A stretch of 64,000 nucleotides of DNA from Blastocystis sp. ATCC 50177/Nand II (lineage: Eukaryota). Below are positions 1-13,909 of the stretch, one piece after another. The number at the start of each line of letters is the position of its first letter. The stretch's first letter is position 1. The notes beneath the pieces were generated by a model. It had not been told where the DNA came from. It saw nothing but the letters and a program-made list of their open reading frames with translations, and did not search any database. Made by a program: the position numbers and the translations under genes. The DNA lies in contig JBBPEE010000035.1 in NCBI GenBank assembly GCA_039096935.1, forward strand, positions 372,001 through 436,000, read 5' to 3'.

Positions 1-2445
1 TTCTCTACTCCGTTGCGATGCCCTACTGCCGACTGGCGACGATCAACTCACAGCTCGCTGTGGTGTGCGAGTACAAGTCGCTCTCCCCCTCGTTCATCCC
101 CGACTCCGCCACTCGCCAACATGTCGACATTGAGTACGAAACGCCCTTTCTTCCTCCTCCCAAATCTCCACGCGGGGTGTCCTTCGACTTCCGCGACGCC
201 TCGTTCATGTCCAAGAAGAAGGAAAATGACAGCAGCGCTGCGAAAGCCAAGGAGGTGGGGGCCCCTAGTTTTGGCAAGAACGCGTTTGTGTACGACATCG
301 ACTATTCGGGGAAACTCGAAATGAAACTGTCGTTTCTCCACACGATGTCCTCAATTCTGAAGGTTCTCGAAGCGTTGTTCTCTGAATCGTAGTTGAGTTG
401 GTTCTCGAAGCAAGAGCTGTTTATCGCGGATTCCCGCGGTTACGTCATCGTGAACACGTGGACGGGCGAGGTGTTGCGCTATGTGTTCCCCAATCATGAT
501 TCGCGCGTGATTCAGTGCGCGATCGACAAACTGGAGCATCCAATCATCACACGCGTCATCGTGTACATGGAGAATAAGTCCCTGTTTTGGGACACGATCG
601 TGCCGGTGTTGTACCGTTGCATGAACTTCGCGAACAATCATCTGTTGTGGTGGTGGGTGCGTGGGCGTGTGAGGCGTAGCGTCTCGAAGGACACGACGTC
701 GTTTGACTGGGAAGACACTCGCGCGCTGGTGGGCGACGACGTGTTTGACGTGGTGCTGAAGCGCTCCGGTCAGTCCTATGGAAGAGACGTGAGAGAAAGG
801 GGGGCGTTTCACCCAAAGGTTGCCACCACCGTGCAGGTGTGCGCGGAGGAGTTTTTCGCCTCGCGCACCAACACCCACACCGATCTCTTCTTCTTCTGGC
901 GAGCGTTCCTCCTCCTCAGCCAGCTGGAGGACGAGGAGAACGCCATTCCCACAGTTGCCTCCATGGGGTCCCAACTCCACACGCTGCGACGCGTGGCGAG
1001 AGAAAGCCCATGGATTCAGAAGGGCATCATCGAAGTGCTCGGCACCTGTTCCACCGGAAACAGGGGTATTTTTGGAGTGCGAAAATCAGGGGTAGAAGAG
1101 AAGTGTGGGCGCATTCGCGTGTACATGCAGGAAAAGAAGGAGCGACTGGTGAAGAAGATGCTGGAGGCATACAACGGCTTTGCTGAAATGAGGGAGAAAA
1201 TGATGGACGGTCAGCATGGCGGAAATAGTCCCGATTTCCGCCATGTGTTGATTCTGGTCGTGCAGTGCAAGTTTGAGGAGGCGATCATGTTCATCAACAA
1301 AGTGGCTTCCTCGATGACCCCCGAAGTGAGGGACCCCAAAGCCACGAGCGAGATCGACCGGTTGTTGGTGATTTGCAACATTCTCACGAGCATTTCTTCC
1401 AAGGGGGATTTGAAACTGATCGAGAGCAACATCATGTTCCAGCTGAACTATTACATGTGGCCCCCTGTTTTTGAGTTCACGAGTAGCAAGGAAGTCACGC
1501 CGATCATGTTCAAAATCCTCCATTTTTTGCTCATGTACATCCGATACAACGCAGACATAAATTACACCCGAATTCGGGAGCAGAACGATCACGCCATCAT
1601 CGAATACCTCGAAGTGACAAACACGGGCTGTTTTATGGCGTTCGAGGACCTGTTGGTGGTGCTTCGCTATCTCTCCTTCGCTACCATGATGGAATACCGT
1701 CGTTCTGGGCTGGTGGGTTGATGACTAGTAAAGGAGCTGGGAAGGAAGTGCGTGTGCGAGGGCTATCTGGTGGGTCTGGTGCTGAAGGGCATGGGCTCGT
1801 CGTCGATTCAGCAGTTGTTGCAAGTAGCGTCGTGTGGCGAGTGAGAGCGTAGCACTTCGTGAACCGGACGAGCGACGTGCAAACGGTGTCGGTGCTGGCG
1901 CTGTACAACTATAACGTGTACAAGGAGAGTGAGCTGTGGATAAAGAAGTGCCGATTTCTGTCGTGCGTGAGGCATAGTTATCTCGACCTGCTGAGTCAAG
2001 CCAGTCTGTTCTGCGAACGCTGTGCCCTCGAGAGCCGGATCTACGCGCAGTATGGAGAGATCATAACCAACCAGGACGAGCACTCCGAGCGGTTCATTCC
2101 GGGGTTCGGGTTTTGGCGGCGACTGAGGAGTAGCGTGATCGTGTGTCCGAACTGCAACACGAAGATTCTGCCTCTGAACACCAACACGTCGTCGTGGAAG
2201 GCGCAGAGTCTGAAGACGCCCGTCTGCGTCACGTGCCAGCGGGAGCTGTTCACGTGCTCGCTGTGTTCGCTTCCGGGTGGGAGAAGGAGGAGGAGGTGAC
2301 GCGTAGTGCGCCAGGAGTCGTCGGACTGGCTGGTGTGGTGCAGCTCCTGCCACCACGGCGGGCACTACGCCCACATCACGCAGTGGTTTGCCTCGCATGA
2401 CGAGTGTCCGGTGAATGGCTGTTGTTGTCACTGCAGTGAGCTGTG
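1..2445 (+). CDS. MIOS: GATOR2 subunit MIOS/Sea4-like protein (5' partial, spliced)
   Basis: Exons in ORFs 18-392, 393-1721, 1859-2299, 2306-2445; C-terminal Zn module WCSSCHHGGHYAHITQWFASHDECPVNGCCCHC matches the MIOS/Sea4 RING tail; likely ends at TG(2444-45)+poly(A). Confidence 0.75.
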
Positions 2446-2598
2446 TGCGTGTTTGTTTCACAGTCTCTTTTTCCCTTTTACAGGAGTGACAATCACTTCT
2501 TCTCATTGCAGATACTGACAATCACCTCTTCTCATCGTAGACACAAACCACCTCCTATCACATCACTAAACACCACCGCTTTGGAACAAACACCCCGA

Positions 2599-5509
2599 CT
2601 AAATACCATATCTCTTTCTGTACTGCACGGCGGGCAGGTTCGCCGCAATCTCCAGCATCGTGCGCTCGATCACCATCGCCTCCGTCTCGCCCACCTTCTC
2701 GCAGCACAGCACCGACGCGCACTTCTTCAGCTTCCTCATCCGCACGTCCGCCCACTCCTCCACCGCCACTTTCTCCTTCTTCGTCGACTTCTTCCTACTC
2801 CTCACGCATCCCGCTCACGCCCACGCCACCAATTGCTCCAGCAGCATCTTCCCCACGTTCAGAATGCGTCGCTGCTTCGTCTTCGACAGGCTCGTCGTGG
2901 CTTTGCCCGTCGCCATCTCACATACCAGCACGTCGTTGCGGTTGGCAAACAGCGCCAGACGCTTCGACGGGAAGCACGCGACGCTCGAGAACACGTAGGG
3001 CGTGGAGGCGCACTCGGCAGGCATCAGCCACGTGAGAATCGAGTACTCGCGGTTAATCGTGCATTTCGTCAGATCGTAGCTACACGTCAGCGGAGCCGCT
3101 TTCCCTTACGCCAACACCGAATTATCTGCGAGGGTGGCGATCAGCGTCTCCGTGCAGGGCAGACTCTGCTTCAGGACCGATTCCGTCAGATGCAATGCAT
3201 CGTCGCTCTTCATCAAACTCATGGCTGTGATCGCATAGGGCGGCGAAGGAAGAAGCGTCGTGACCACAGAACCGCTCTCGAACGCCACACGCGCCTGATA
3301 CACGCCCTTACACAGCGTCGAGAAGACGACAGAAAACGCCTTGTTTTTGGCATCCACGTCGTACACCAGAATGGCATTGATGGGGTGACGGTACGCCTCG
3401 TCCACACCCGTGAACAGGAAGCCCTGCACAACTTCTCCCTCCAACGGATACAACATGAAACTCCCCGTGGACTCGACTCCCAAAATCGCCACGATTCCGT
3501 CCATCTCGAAGAGAGTGGAACACATAAAGTGATGGTTCTGCAGCGCCGGAGGCAGCGTCAGCAGTTTGCACTACGGATGATTCCAACGTGCGGGCGTTAC
3601 AGTGAGCATGGTTTCATCGAACATGAAGCACTTGAGCTGGCTCATGTCCTGCGCCAGAATGTACAGTGATTCTTGATTACGAAGCACCGCCGATGACTGT
3701 ACGTTTTGCCCGCCCTCCAGCTTCAAGCCTATTTGTCACTGCCTCCTCTCTCGCCTACGCAGCAGGAGCTGGAAACTGCTGGACAGACCCACCGGCACCG
3801 TCTTCACCTTCTCCTCCTCCTCTTGCTTCTTCTTCTCCCTTCTTCTCTCCCTCTTCTCCCTTCTCTTCTTCTCTTCCATCTCTTCCTCCTTCTCCGCCTC
3901 CACCTTTATCTCTTCCATCTCCTCCTCTTCCTCCACCGAATCCTCCTCCTCCTTCTTCTTCACGACTTGACCCTCCTGCGCCGCGCCCAGCTTATACAGC
4001 ATCAGCTCGTGGTCGTACTACACTCACACGCCACCACCGCCCCTACCTTCAGCACGCAGTAGCCCTCGCAGCACGCCGCCGCCGGCGTGAAGAACCCGGG
4101 GTAGTCGAAGCACTTCATCGCGCTGTGCTCGTCGCGCGACAGCGTGCTCGCCACCGCCAGCGACCCGTCCACCGCGCCGCTCACCACCGCGATCATGTTA
4201 CACCGCTCGCGCCCCAGCGGCCGCAGCGCCGGGTACTCCAGGCCCTCCTCCGCCGCCTGGCCCTGCTGTGTCTGCTGTGACGGTGCCTGTGACGGTGCCT
4301 GACCCTCCTGACCCTGCTGTGACGGTGTTTCCACCTTCTGCTTCTTGGCAGGGGGAGCCGTGTCCACGGCGGACGTGGCAGCGGGCTGCTGGGCGGCCTG
4401 CAGGAGGCGGGAGACCTGCTTCACGGACATGACGTTACAGAGCGCCGTGCGGTTGTTCTTCAGGACCGTCACGGCGGAACACAGAATGTCGTGTGTGTGG
4501 AGGCGCAGCGCTGAGGTTTTGACCCATTTGTCCGGCGAGACGAGATTGGCGAACATGCACAGCTGTTGGTTATCAGGCGCGCGCTCACACTACCTTCGCG
4601 TCCACGCCGCCGGAGACGATGAGCGTGATCGGCATGCAATCGGTGTTGCGGTCCATGCAGTCCAGGTACGAGAACACGGAGAGCGTGAGGACGTCGTGCT
4701 CGTGCGCGATGAAGCTCTCCTCCATCACTCGCTTCTCCACATCCCAGATCTCGACATTACCGCGGCTGTCGCCTGTAACGATTCTAGGAGTCAGAGCGAA
4801 CGAGCGAAGCGTGCCTTGTGGAAGCAATGAAGCGGATGCACCAAATGATGGTGGATTCGCCCTTGTACTGATTCAGGAGCAATGAGCTCGTGGCTCCGGT
4901 GTCCATGTTGTATATGTACACGTGGTCCTCGCTGCTTCCGCAGGCAATCATGGACCCGTCTTCGGACCACGCACAGCAGAGAAGGCGCGTTTTGCACCTA
5001 CAGGGTGAAGAATCTCCGCCGCGCGCAACATTTGAATGGAACGCAGGTAGACAATACGCTCACTCGAAAGGTCGAATAGGCGGATCGAACCGTCCTCACA
5101 TGCGCACGCCACAGTGCTGTTGTTGGAATTCTTGTCCATCATCCACACGGGACCGCCGTAGGAGTCGCTCTGGTTCTCCACGCACATCGTGTGAAGGTTC
5201 ACTTCGAAGATCTGTCCCTGTAGGCCGGAACCGAACAGGCGATACTTAAAGAACTCGCTGTCAACGATCTGATCGCTCTGAACCCACACGAGCGACCGAA
5301 TCGAGAGGTTTTCGTGACCAGGAATTCGCTACGTCTCAGACAGCGCCGCGACAGCGCACAATTTCGCAGAACCACTTCTCCTCCACGTTCCACAGCTCAA
5401 TGTCGCCATTTTCTCTACCCACTGCTAGGTAGGGCAGTTCGGGGTGGAAGACGGTAGCACACGCTGCTGACGGCATCCATTCTGAGAATTTGCATCGATG
5501 AATATCCAT
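2599..5509 (-). CDS. UTP4: U3 snoRNA-associated protein 4 (Cirhin), WD40
   Basis: N-terminus MDIHRCKFSEWMPSA, AVGRENGDIELW, SDSYGGPVW, VSGGVDAK; C-terminus VIERTMLEIAANLPAVQYRKRYGI resembles the UTP4 tail; several ~30-nt introns. Confidence 0.85.
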
Positions 5510-5631
5510 GGCTGACTACTCAACGAGAAAACTGGAAGGAAAGGGGCAACCGAAATCGGCCTGCTTTCTGGAACGCTTCTTACGACGCGCTGAGTGGCAT
5601 TTCTTTCGTTATCGTGCTTCCCTTTGGATCC

Positions 5632-6896
5632 ATGATCGCGGCCCACTTCATTCTTGTGTACAGTCTATCGCTTTTGGCCATACAAGTGACGAACGGGAAC
5701 ACCTCTCCTGTTTCTACACATATCCCGTGCATTTCGCGTAAGAGCGTTGCTCCGAGACAGATTCCGACTACAATTCCTCCTGTTGATTCCAATCCTCCCA
5801 TCCACACCGCTTCTTCTCATTCTGGGTCCTCAAACCAGAAGGACGTATATTTTCCTTGGAATGATGGTTATGGTTCGTGCTTCTTGTTTTGAATGAAGGA
5901 GTAGACTACGATGGCTTTTGCCAACGGATCCTATCCGTCGTGAACTCTCCAGATAACAATCTGACAATTGTGAATTCCGGGGCGGGAGGAGGATTGGGTC
6001 ACAAGTACTATTCGATGGTTGAGAGCTTGATCTATGCGTTGCTGCTGCACCGAACCTACCGAAGTGCTGCTTTGAGTGCGTGCTGAATTGTAGTTTCCAT
6101 GCCCGCTATCTTCTGGACAACCTTCAATTCTTGCTTGCGTGTTCTTCGCTACGACGGACGTGAGTCAAACTTTGCTGTTTAACCGCTAGCCGTGAATCAA
6201 TTCGCTCTGTGTGACAAGAGGCACCGGTGCATGGTGTACAACAACGTGTGGACGTTGCGCAGAGCAAATCTGCTGATGGTTGACTACCGCGTGGATCTCT
6301 ACCGTCTGGGCACTCCCAAGGTCGTAAAGAAACTCAAAGCTCTGGGCGTGATGAAGCCGAACGAGTGGTGGAGCTCCTTCTGCCAGCACCTGCTTCGCCT
6401 GCTGCTGAACCCGACGCCGGACATCCAATCCCTCATTCAGTCTGAGCGTCTGCGAATCGGTCCGGCGCAAAACCAGCTGGGCATCCACGTGCGGTGTGGC
6501 GGCAACTTGGCGGACAGCAACGAGCAGACGTGGATGGTGTCGCCCGACCGGTTGAAGAAGGTGCCGGACCAGGTGCGGAGGCTGATTAAGGCATCTCCCA
6601 TTCCTCGCGATGAACTGTATCTGTTTTTGTCTACGGACTCAACGATGGCTGCTGGAAACTTGAGCGTGGCCCTTCACCCGTACCGCATTGAATCCAGCAA
6701 TGTCTTCTACCGCGGCCATTCCCGAACGCAGTTTGTCGACAACAAATCGTTGATTCGATCGTACGTGGATTTGTTTTTGCTGTGCCAGTCGAGATCAGCG
6801 TTGTTGACGTCATCGAGTTCTTTTAGTCGTTTGATCACGATCATGTCAATTGCGGCTCCCAAATGGTATATATCTGCAAAGCGTTTTATTTCATGA
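5632..6896 (+). CDS. Putative fucosyltransferase (NodZ/GT23-like GT-B fold), membrane or secreted
   Basis: Hydrophobic N-terminus, GGGLGHK, LGIHVRCG, LFLSTDS, DLFLLCQS...SSSFS motifs typical of GDP-fucose-binding alpha-1,2/1,6-fucosyltransferases; start uncertain. Confidence 0.6.
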
Positions 6897-6962
6897 TGTG
6901 CGTCGTGTTTGTTCGCAGTGCATTTGAATTGCTAGGTGTGGGGTACAAACAGGGAACAGGGA

Positions 6963-8937
6963 TTACTTTCTCTTCTTCGGACACACCGGGAATGTCCATT
7001 CTGCTTTCGCACTCGATGTGACATAGCGTTGAATCACACCAAACAAATCCACTGCTGGCAAAGCGGCTCCATGGCGTCGCATGCTCCCATATTCTTCAGA
7101 AACAAGCGACCTACACGTGAACTACCTCCGCCCACACGAACTTGGGATGCGGGTAATCAAACCCAAAATCAGACACTAACACATAAAATGAATAGCTTTC
7201 AAATCGTAAGCGGAGCGTGAACTCCATTTTATTCTTCCCATAGTCCACAAAGTACGGATGGTAAATCGGCATCACATCATAACGTCTCAGCACCATGTAC
7301 GGCTCCATCTCCGTGTAGTTCATACACGGCACCTTGTACAGCGTATCGCCACCATCGAAGTACGAATCAAGGCTCACAATCCTCTACCGATCAAAAAAGT
7401 TGGGATCCCCCACGTGCGCCTTTGCGTTCTTGAACAAATTGCACTTCTTCTGCTCCACACAACTCTTCAGCGCCGTCTTATTCCTCGGGATCATCTCATT
7501 GACCCTACGCCTCACCTTTCCTGCCAACCGTCACTCCGAGATGTTCCGCTGTGCCGATGTGATCTGCTCTGTGGTCCACATGGAGAAGCTGAACGTCGGC
7601 AGCATCACCGCTGCTCGCTTCTCCTGCAGCACCGCGAAGTCGATCGCCTTCAGGTCCTCGTACAGCGTCGCTACACGTCACACCACGGCAGGATTCCAAA
7701 CGTGAGGGCCATAAGTCCATATCCAGCAGCATCACATGACTCGTCACCACGTTGTTCAGCGCGTAATCACGCAACAAGTTGATGGGGAAGATGCGTCGTG
7801 TAGTCATTCGCATGTGCGAACGCTCTCGCATGTACACCACGTAATTCCACGGCGACACGGTGAAGGCGACATACACCGTCACACGGAAGCGGGGCAAGGA
7901 TGCGTGCTGCGCCAAAAAGGCGTCGACTTTGGGCAGCTCGTATTCCGAAGCAATAATAGCAAGTGAAAACGGGCCCTTCCAACGAGCAGCCAGAAAGGGC
8001 ATATAGGAGAGACGGTCCACTCTACGCATAACTGACCCTATTGTGGTTTACGAGCTGACCATGCAGTACGTGAAATCGACGTCTCGCGTCGAATTCACAT
8101 CTCTGTCTAGGCGTCAGAAATAGGGCCGATTTTGGTACAGGGCTGGACTTGGTAGGCACGGAAGGCGCGCGAGTCGGAGTCCCACGAAACGACGACGTGA
8201 ACCTGGCAGATGGCGAAATTGCGGGAGTCCTTGCAGTTCACGCGGAGACGCGATTTCCAGCTGGAGAACCAGCTCGTGATGGGCTCCGTGGAAATGACGT
8301 CTCCCGGAGCGATGGACTTGTCTTCCCACAGAAGCGTGCGATTGAAGATCTCGACCGTATTGCCGATGTGCTTCAATTCAGGAGGAAGACGCCACACCTC
8401 CCTTTCGAATCGCGTTCTGTTGATAAGACGAGGAGGGATGAAGAGCAGCTCCTTCTTGACTTCCTTCTTCAGAGCCTGTTCCACTTTGGCCGGTTCCTTG
8501 CTCACAACTCTTCCAGTCGTGTTAGGAGCCTGCGTAGTAGTATGTACCCCAACAGTGGGGATGGACGGCGTTGGCTTCGGAGTATTGATTACCTCTCTCT
8601 TTGGAAGCGGCATTTCAGAGGCGGTTGGCTGCACGTCGCCTTCTTTTTCCGTCTTTGATGCGTCTTCTAGAGATTCAGTAGGAGAGGGGGAAGTCGTGCT
8701 CTGTGCAACATCAACACTTGCAAATGCATCTACTCCATTACACTCAACCAGAAGATGAAAACCCTTTACGGTTAAAGTGCTGGGAATAGACACGAAAGAA
8801 GCGTCAGATGGTTTCCCCTCTGACGGGTCTACGTATTCGTAGAAGGACGTGGCAGCAGATGGGTCAGCGTTGTAAATCAGAGTAACGTATCCATAGAGAA
8901 CAAGAAATACAAACAATAATAGGCTAGGCAACTTCAT
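6963..8937 (-). CDS. GT49 / LARGE-like beta-glucuronyltransferase, type II membrane protein
   Basis: N-terminal TM and S/T/P-rich stem; RWKGPFSLAI, FPINLLRDYA, LLDMD (DxD), EPYMV, YGKNK motifs; ends IPVCPKKRK*. Confidence 0.75.
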
Positions 8938-9067
8938 TTTGAATTAGTATACAGAGAGAACAAAGATAAGCAGCGCTTAACAGAACAGCAAACAATAGAA
9001 TGGGGAGTGATGCATTGTTACCCCTGGAGAATTCACGGAATCAGAGGAATTCAATAGGAACACGGTC

Positions 9068-10275
9068 ATGGATGTAACAGAATTGCCGAAAATCGTGTTC
9101 TGATGGGTTTGTGTTGAGGCATAGGAATTGCACCAACACTTACAGGGAAGCATTCGAAATGGAACCTTCTTGGAGCTCGCATTACTCAAATACGGAAAGG
9201 AGAGAATGGACGAGTTGAATTGCCTTTTGAATGGAAAGCGTTCTCTGAAGGAGTAATGACAAGATCAAAGCGTAATGGCATAGCTGCTTTCGGTTGTTTG
9301 ACATTATCCACGATATCATCGATTCGAGGGACAGTTTGGAAAGAATTGTGCGTGAAGTGGTTGAGGATCTTGTTGACCAGCATGTGGTGTATGCAGAATT
9401 GAGAACCACTCCTCGGCAATACACTTGTGGCGAGGAGATTGGCGAAAAGGAGGGAATCGATATTATTCTGAATATGCTACGTACTCTAAACGAGAAATAT
9501 GAACATCAAATTCGCGTTCGCCTCCTCGTCAGCATTAACCGCAGTGAGAGTCTGTGGGCATTCTTAACACTGTTCATGAGGTAGAGAGAAAGCAGTGCGC
9601 ATCGCACACATGGCAGTGGATTACATTTCAAAGGGGATTCCGGAGTTCGTGGGTGTGGACTTCTCTGGCAATCCTACGGTGGATGCGAAATCCGATCTTT
9701 GATGTTTAGACGGCTCCCTTCTCGTTCTTTTCCGAAGCCTTCACCATTCTCCGCCAACACAACGTGCCCACCGTAATCCACGGAGGCGAAGTCCCTGATC
9801 GCTTGGTCTTAACGACTTCGTGCTGTTGCAAGAGTGCATTTACCCCAATTCAGGATTGCAGAGACATCATTGCTTACCGTCCGAATCGGATTGGCCATGG
9901 ATTGTTCTTTGTAGGCATCACGTGTCGATTTGACTGTAGACTAGGGAGGATCTGGAGCAGTGTCGACGCGATGGAATTGCCATTGAAGTGTGTCCCACCT
10001 CAAATTTGATGACGCTTGGACTCACTGATCTGCACCAACATCCTGTCCTTAGTCAATTGCCTGATGATCTGCAATACTCGATAAACACGGACGACCCCTT
10101 CATTTTTGCTATCACTTTATCCGACGAGTTGCACCTGGTGTCGTCCCTCTTCTCCTGGAACATGTGTAACTACATTCAGTTTCTGGAGAGTGTCAAGGAG
10201 CAAGTTTTGGACAAGAGCCCTGCTACACACGACTTCATTGAAGCGCAAATTGCCAAATGCAGGAAGGAATGCTGA
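9068..10275 (+). CDS. ADAL: Adenosine deaminase-like protein
   Basis: Spliced LPKI-ELHQHLQGSIR, VYAELRTTP, HGGE, RIGHG, CPTSN, NTDD. Confidence 0.85.
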
Positions 10276-10355
10276 AGAACAAGGAATACTCATTTTTGTT
10301 ACAACACACTGCTCTTTTTCCTTCAAATCGTTACGGTTGGATCTTCGTTGTCGAA

Positions 10356-11863
10356 ATGGCAGAGAAAACCGTCGAGGAGATCGTGGGACTGTCGTTTTGG
10401 TATGGGCGCTTTATTGCTTAGAAACCTGGAGAAGCTGATATCACGCGACGCGTTCGCTGCACTGAGTGATAAAGAGAGTAGGAATCTGCAGTGGGCGTGA
10501 ACTGACGACTAGAGACCGAAGAAATCAGCAGAATGCAGGCCCTTTGTGTACGGTTCAGTGGAGGTGCAGTTATCAATTAGAAACAGCTTCAAGATCTCTG
10601 CGAAGAGAAGAGAAAAGAAAGGAATGAGGAACTGACAAAATGGAATGCGCTAAAGTCTGAGATCGAGGAATCTACAGTGCTACAGAAGAAACTGAATGAA
10701 AAGGAGGCGCTAATCGAACAATTGGAGTACTACGACGCTGTAACTCCCTAGTTGATTCTACTGACCGTGTAGAAAGAGAAGGAAGGCAATAAGGAAGATG
10801 CAAAGACCGTGTACAGTTCGTATTCAGAAGAGCCCCGTGCGTCTTGTCAGTGCTCATTACGAGTAGTATTCCCCGACGGGATCCTTACGGCGCAAAAGAA
10901 CAGAGTGGTCAATCTCAAGCTGCTCTTCCGCCAAGCCAACCTCTACGTAGTCCCCTTATGTCTTCTTACCTCTAGTTCTTCACGGGTAAAATGGACGGCA
11001 TTGAAAACGAGGTGATGGTGAAGTTGTTCATCGATCCTTTTTTCTTCGCCACAGACAACTCCACCGTCAATTCGCAGGAGTCCGGAAGCCTTTCCTGTTA
11101 CCCAGATTCCGTGTACGACGATCTGCGTCGAGAGATCTCCATTGTCAGCAGCTTGTTCCACAGCAACATCGTGATCTACTACGACGAGATCAGCGGCAAC
11201 GGGCTTCTCGGCTATGTGATGGAATACTGCCCCAGAGGCAATCTGCACGACTTCATCGTGAAGAATGGCCCGATGCAGGAAGCGGAGATAAAGAAGGTCT
11301 TATTCCAAATGCTGCAGGTTCTCGCATACCTCGCCGAGTCCCGCATCGTTCACCGCGACATCAAGACCGCGAACATCTTAATCGTGAAGGAGGGTTCGTA
11401 CAAGATGTGCGACTTTGGCTCTAGCGTGCTTCTCGATGTACCCTCGATTCCCTTTCGTCATCCGTAGAAGGAATCACGGAACACAATTGTTGATGATGGA
11501 TCGTACCGCGGGACGGACGTGTTTATTGCACCAGAGTGTGGCCGCGGTATGCAGCGCGGACGATCCGATATTTGGAGTCTGGGCTGTTGTTTGTACGAGA
11601 TGCTGACGGGGGAGCTGCCGTGGAAGGAAATCAAGGAGAACAGCACAACGCGCGAAAGCGTGATGTTTACCGTGGCGAAAATGCGCGCTGGTCCGAAAGT
11701 GGGTGAGAAGATTTGGAATGGGGTCAGTCAAGAAATGCACGACTTCTTCAACAAGTGCTTCGATTACGTGAGGATGGAGAATGTGGGTTATGGATAGAAT
11801 GACGCAACGCGAGCAACGGCAACAGATTTGCTAAAGCACCCCTTGTTTCGTGGTATGTCCTGA
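10356..11863 (+). CDS. Ser/Thr protein kinase (STE/MAP3K-like) with N-terminal coiled coil
   Basis: HRDIKTANIL, DFG, FIAPE, DIWSLG; upstream coiled-coil exons splice in frame (EYYDA|KEKEG, SEEP|LFPDG). Confidence 0.75.
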
Positions 11864-11974
11864 TGTGTACAGTTTGTTACAACATGCATACCACAATCAT
11901 CAATGCAATTGGAGCAAACGGGCTGTTCCCTTCAATTACCAACGAATTCAAACAAACAGGCCGCAATGACTAGT

Positions 11975-13710
11975 TTACACGCGCGGAACCAGTTGCGGTT
12001 CCGTCCACTCATAATCCACTGTCCGAACATAACCAAATCGATCGCGCAGCACATCCGCCTCCTCGGGGCCGCGCGTGCCGCGCACATACGGCAGCGGCTT
12101 GATCTTCTTCTCCTCCAGCTCGTGCAGCACCGGCGTGAAGATCTTCCACGACAATTCCAATTCATCGCTGCGCACGAAGTTGCTACGCTTCACTCCCCTC
12201 CCTTTCCACTACCTATGATCCCCGCGAATAATATCCAGGATCAGCCGCTCATACGCCTCGGGCAGCACGAAATCGTACTTCTCCTTGTACGTCATATCCA
12301 ATTCCGTCATGATCGGCTGCGTTTCCAAACCCGGCGTCTTCACGTTCGTCTTCATGTAGATCGCCGTGTCGGGCTGCACGCGCAGCACCAGCTCGTTGCG
12401 GTTCGACTGTGGGAACAACGGGCAAGCCATGTCCTTGAACTGAATGCGAATCTCAGCCTTCGACTCGTCCAGCGCCTTGCCGCACTTCAGGTAGAACGGC
12501 ACGCCTGCCCACCGCGGCGTATTCACCTTCCTAACCCTCACACGCCCGTCTTGCCCTCACAGCACCGTCGCCGCGAACGTCGCCGTCAGACTGTCCTTCG
12601 GCACCGTGGGGTCGTCCAGATACCCCGGCTCCGTCGCGCTGGCCACGTACTGCCCCACCACGGTGTTCTCCAGCGTCATAGGCTCGATCGCCTTCAGCAG
12701 TCTCGCCTTCTCGTCGCGGATATCGGCGCTGTGAAGTGACAAGGGCTGTTCCATGGCAAGCAGACACACCATCTGGAGCAGGTGGTTCTGCATCACGTCG
12801 CGGATGATGCCGTAGTTGTCGAAGTAGCCGCCACGGCCGTTCACGCCCAGCGTCTCCTTGAAGACGATCTGCACATTGCTGATGAAGGTCCGACTCCACA
12901 GCGCGCTGATGATCATGTTGGAGAAGCGCGTGACGAGCAGATTCTGCACCATTTCCTTTCCCAGGTAGTGGTCAATTCGCTATGCGTGACATCTCCAACT
13001 CATGGCCACGTAAATATCGTCTTCGGAGAAAAGCTCCTTGATGTAGTTGTTCAGCTCCTTGCTCGTGTCGTAGTCGCGGCCGAAGGGCTTTTCCACCACC
13101 AGGCGGTGGAATCCGCTGTTGTTGATGCAGGTGTCTTTGCGTTAGTGCGCTGATGTTGGGGGTACCGTGGATACACTTGGAAACGGGAGGGAATTGACTG
13201 GGCGGAATGGCGAAGTAGAACAAACGGTTCTTGTTGCACACCCACTTCTGCACGCCCCCTTCGGTGTACAGCTGGCACTGCGTGTTCTCGTGCTCATCCA
13301 GCTCCGCGCTCAATTTGGAGAAATCCTCGTTGGAATCGTACTGGCCCGAGTGGTAGTAGCAAATCTTGAGAAAGCAGTCCACGCAGCGCGCGTCCTTAGG
13401 CAGAGCCTTTCGCAGCTTCTCGCGGAAGGCCGCCGTATCCATCTTCGTTCTCGCATAGCCGACAATGGTTGTGTACATCGGGAGAAGAGAGTGCGTGAAG
13501 AGCGAAAACAGCGCGGGGTAGGTCTAGTCGTTATTCCCACTATGCAACCCACACCTTCAGCATAGCGAGGTTGCCCGATGCGCCGACAACGACAATGGAC
13601 AGGGTTCCGTCATAATCCGGATTGCCCTTCCCCCACACTCTCCGCATGCCGGGAGTATTACTATCAAATGCATCACAAGAGGAATCAGAACTCGATCGAA
13701 GATTCGACAT
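11975..13710 (-). CDS. G6PD: Glucose-6-phosphate 1-dehydrogenase
   Basis: [53 protein letters not shown]. Confidence 0.95.
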
Positions 13711-13909
13711 TAAAAGAAAGAATGACACATTGTCTTCACACGTGTTTGCTGTCATATGACATGTCATTTGGCCCCAATTGCATGCCACTGAATTGGGCCA
13801 GGGAGATGGTGTTTCGGTTCATTCGCGAATAGTGGATCCGCGCCCATTCCCGTGATCTGCGCACAGGTGAAAGAACAAACAGCCCTGCTTTTCAAAACGC
13901 ACTGGTTCA

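Noticed and set aside
2443..3669. Long ORFs antisense to real genes (2443-3669, 22987-24300, 39120-40802, 47616-49490, 50001-51230)
   Set aside because: Shadow ORFs caused by high GC3 or low-complexity coding on the opposite strand; no motifs
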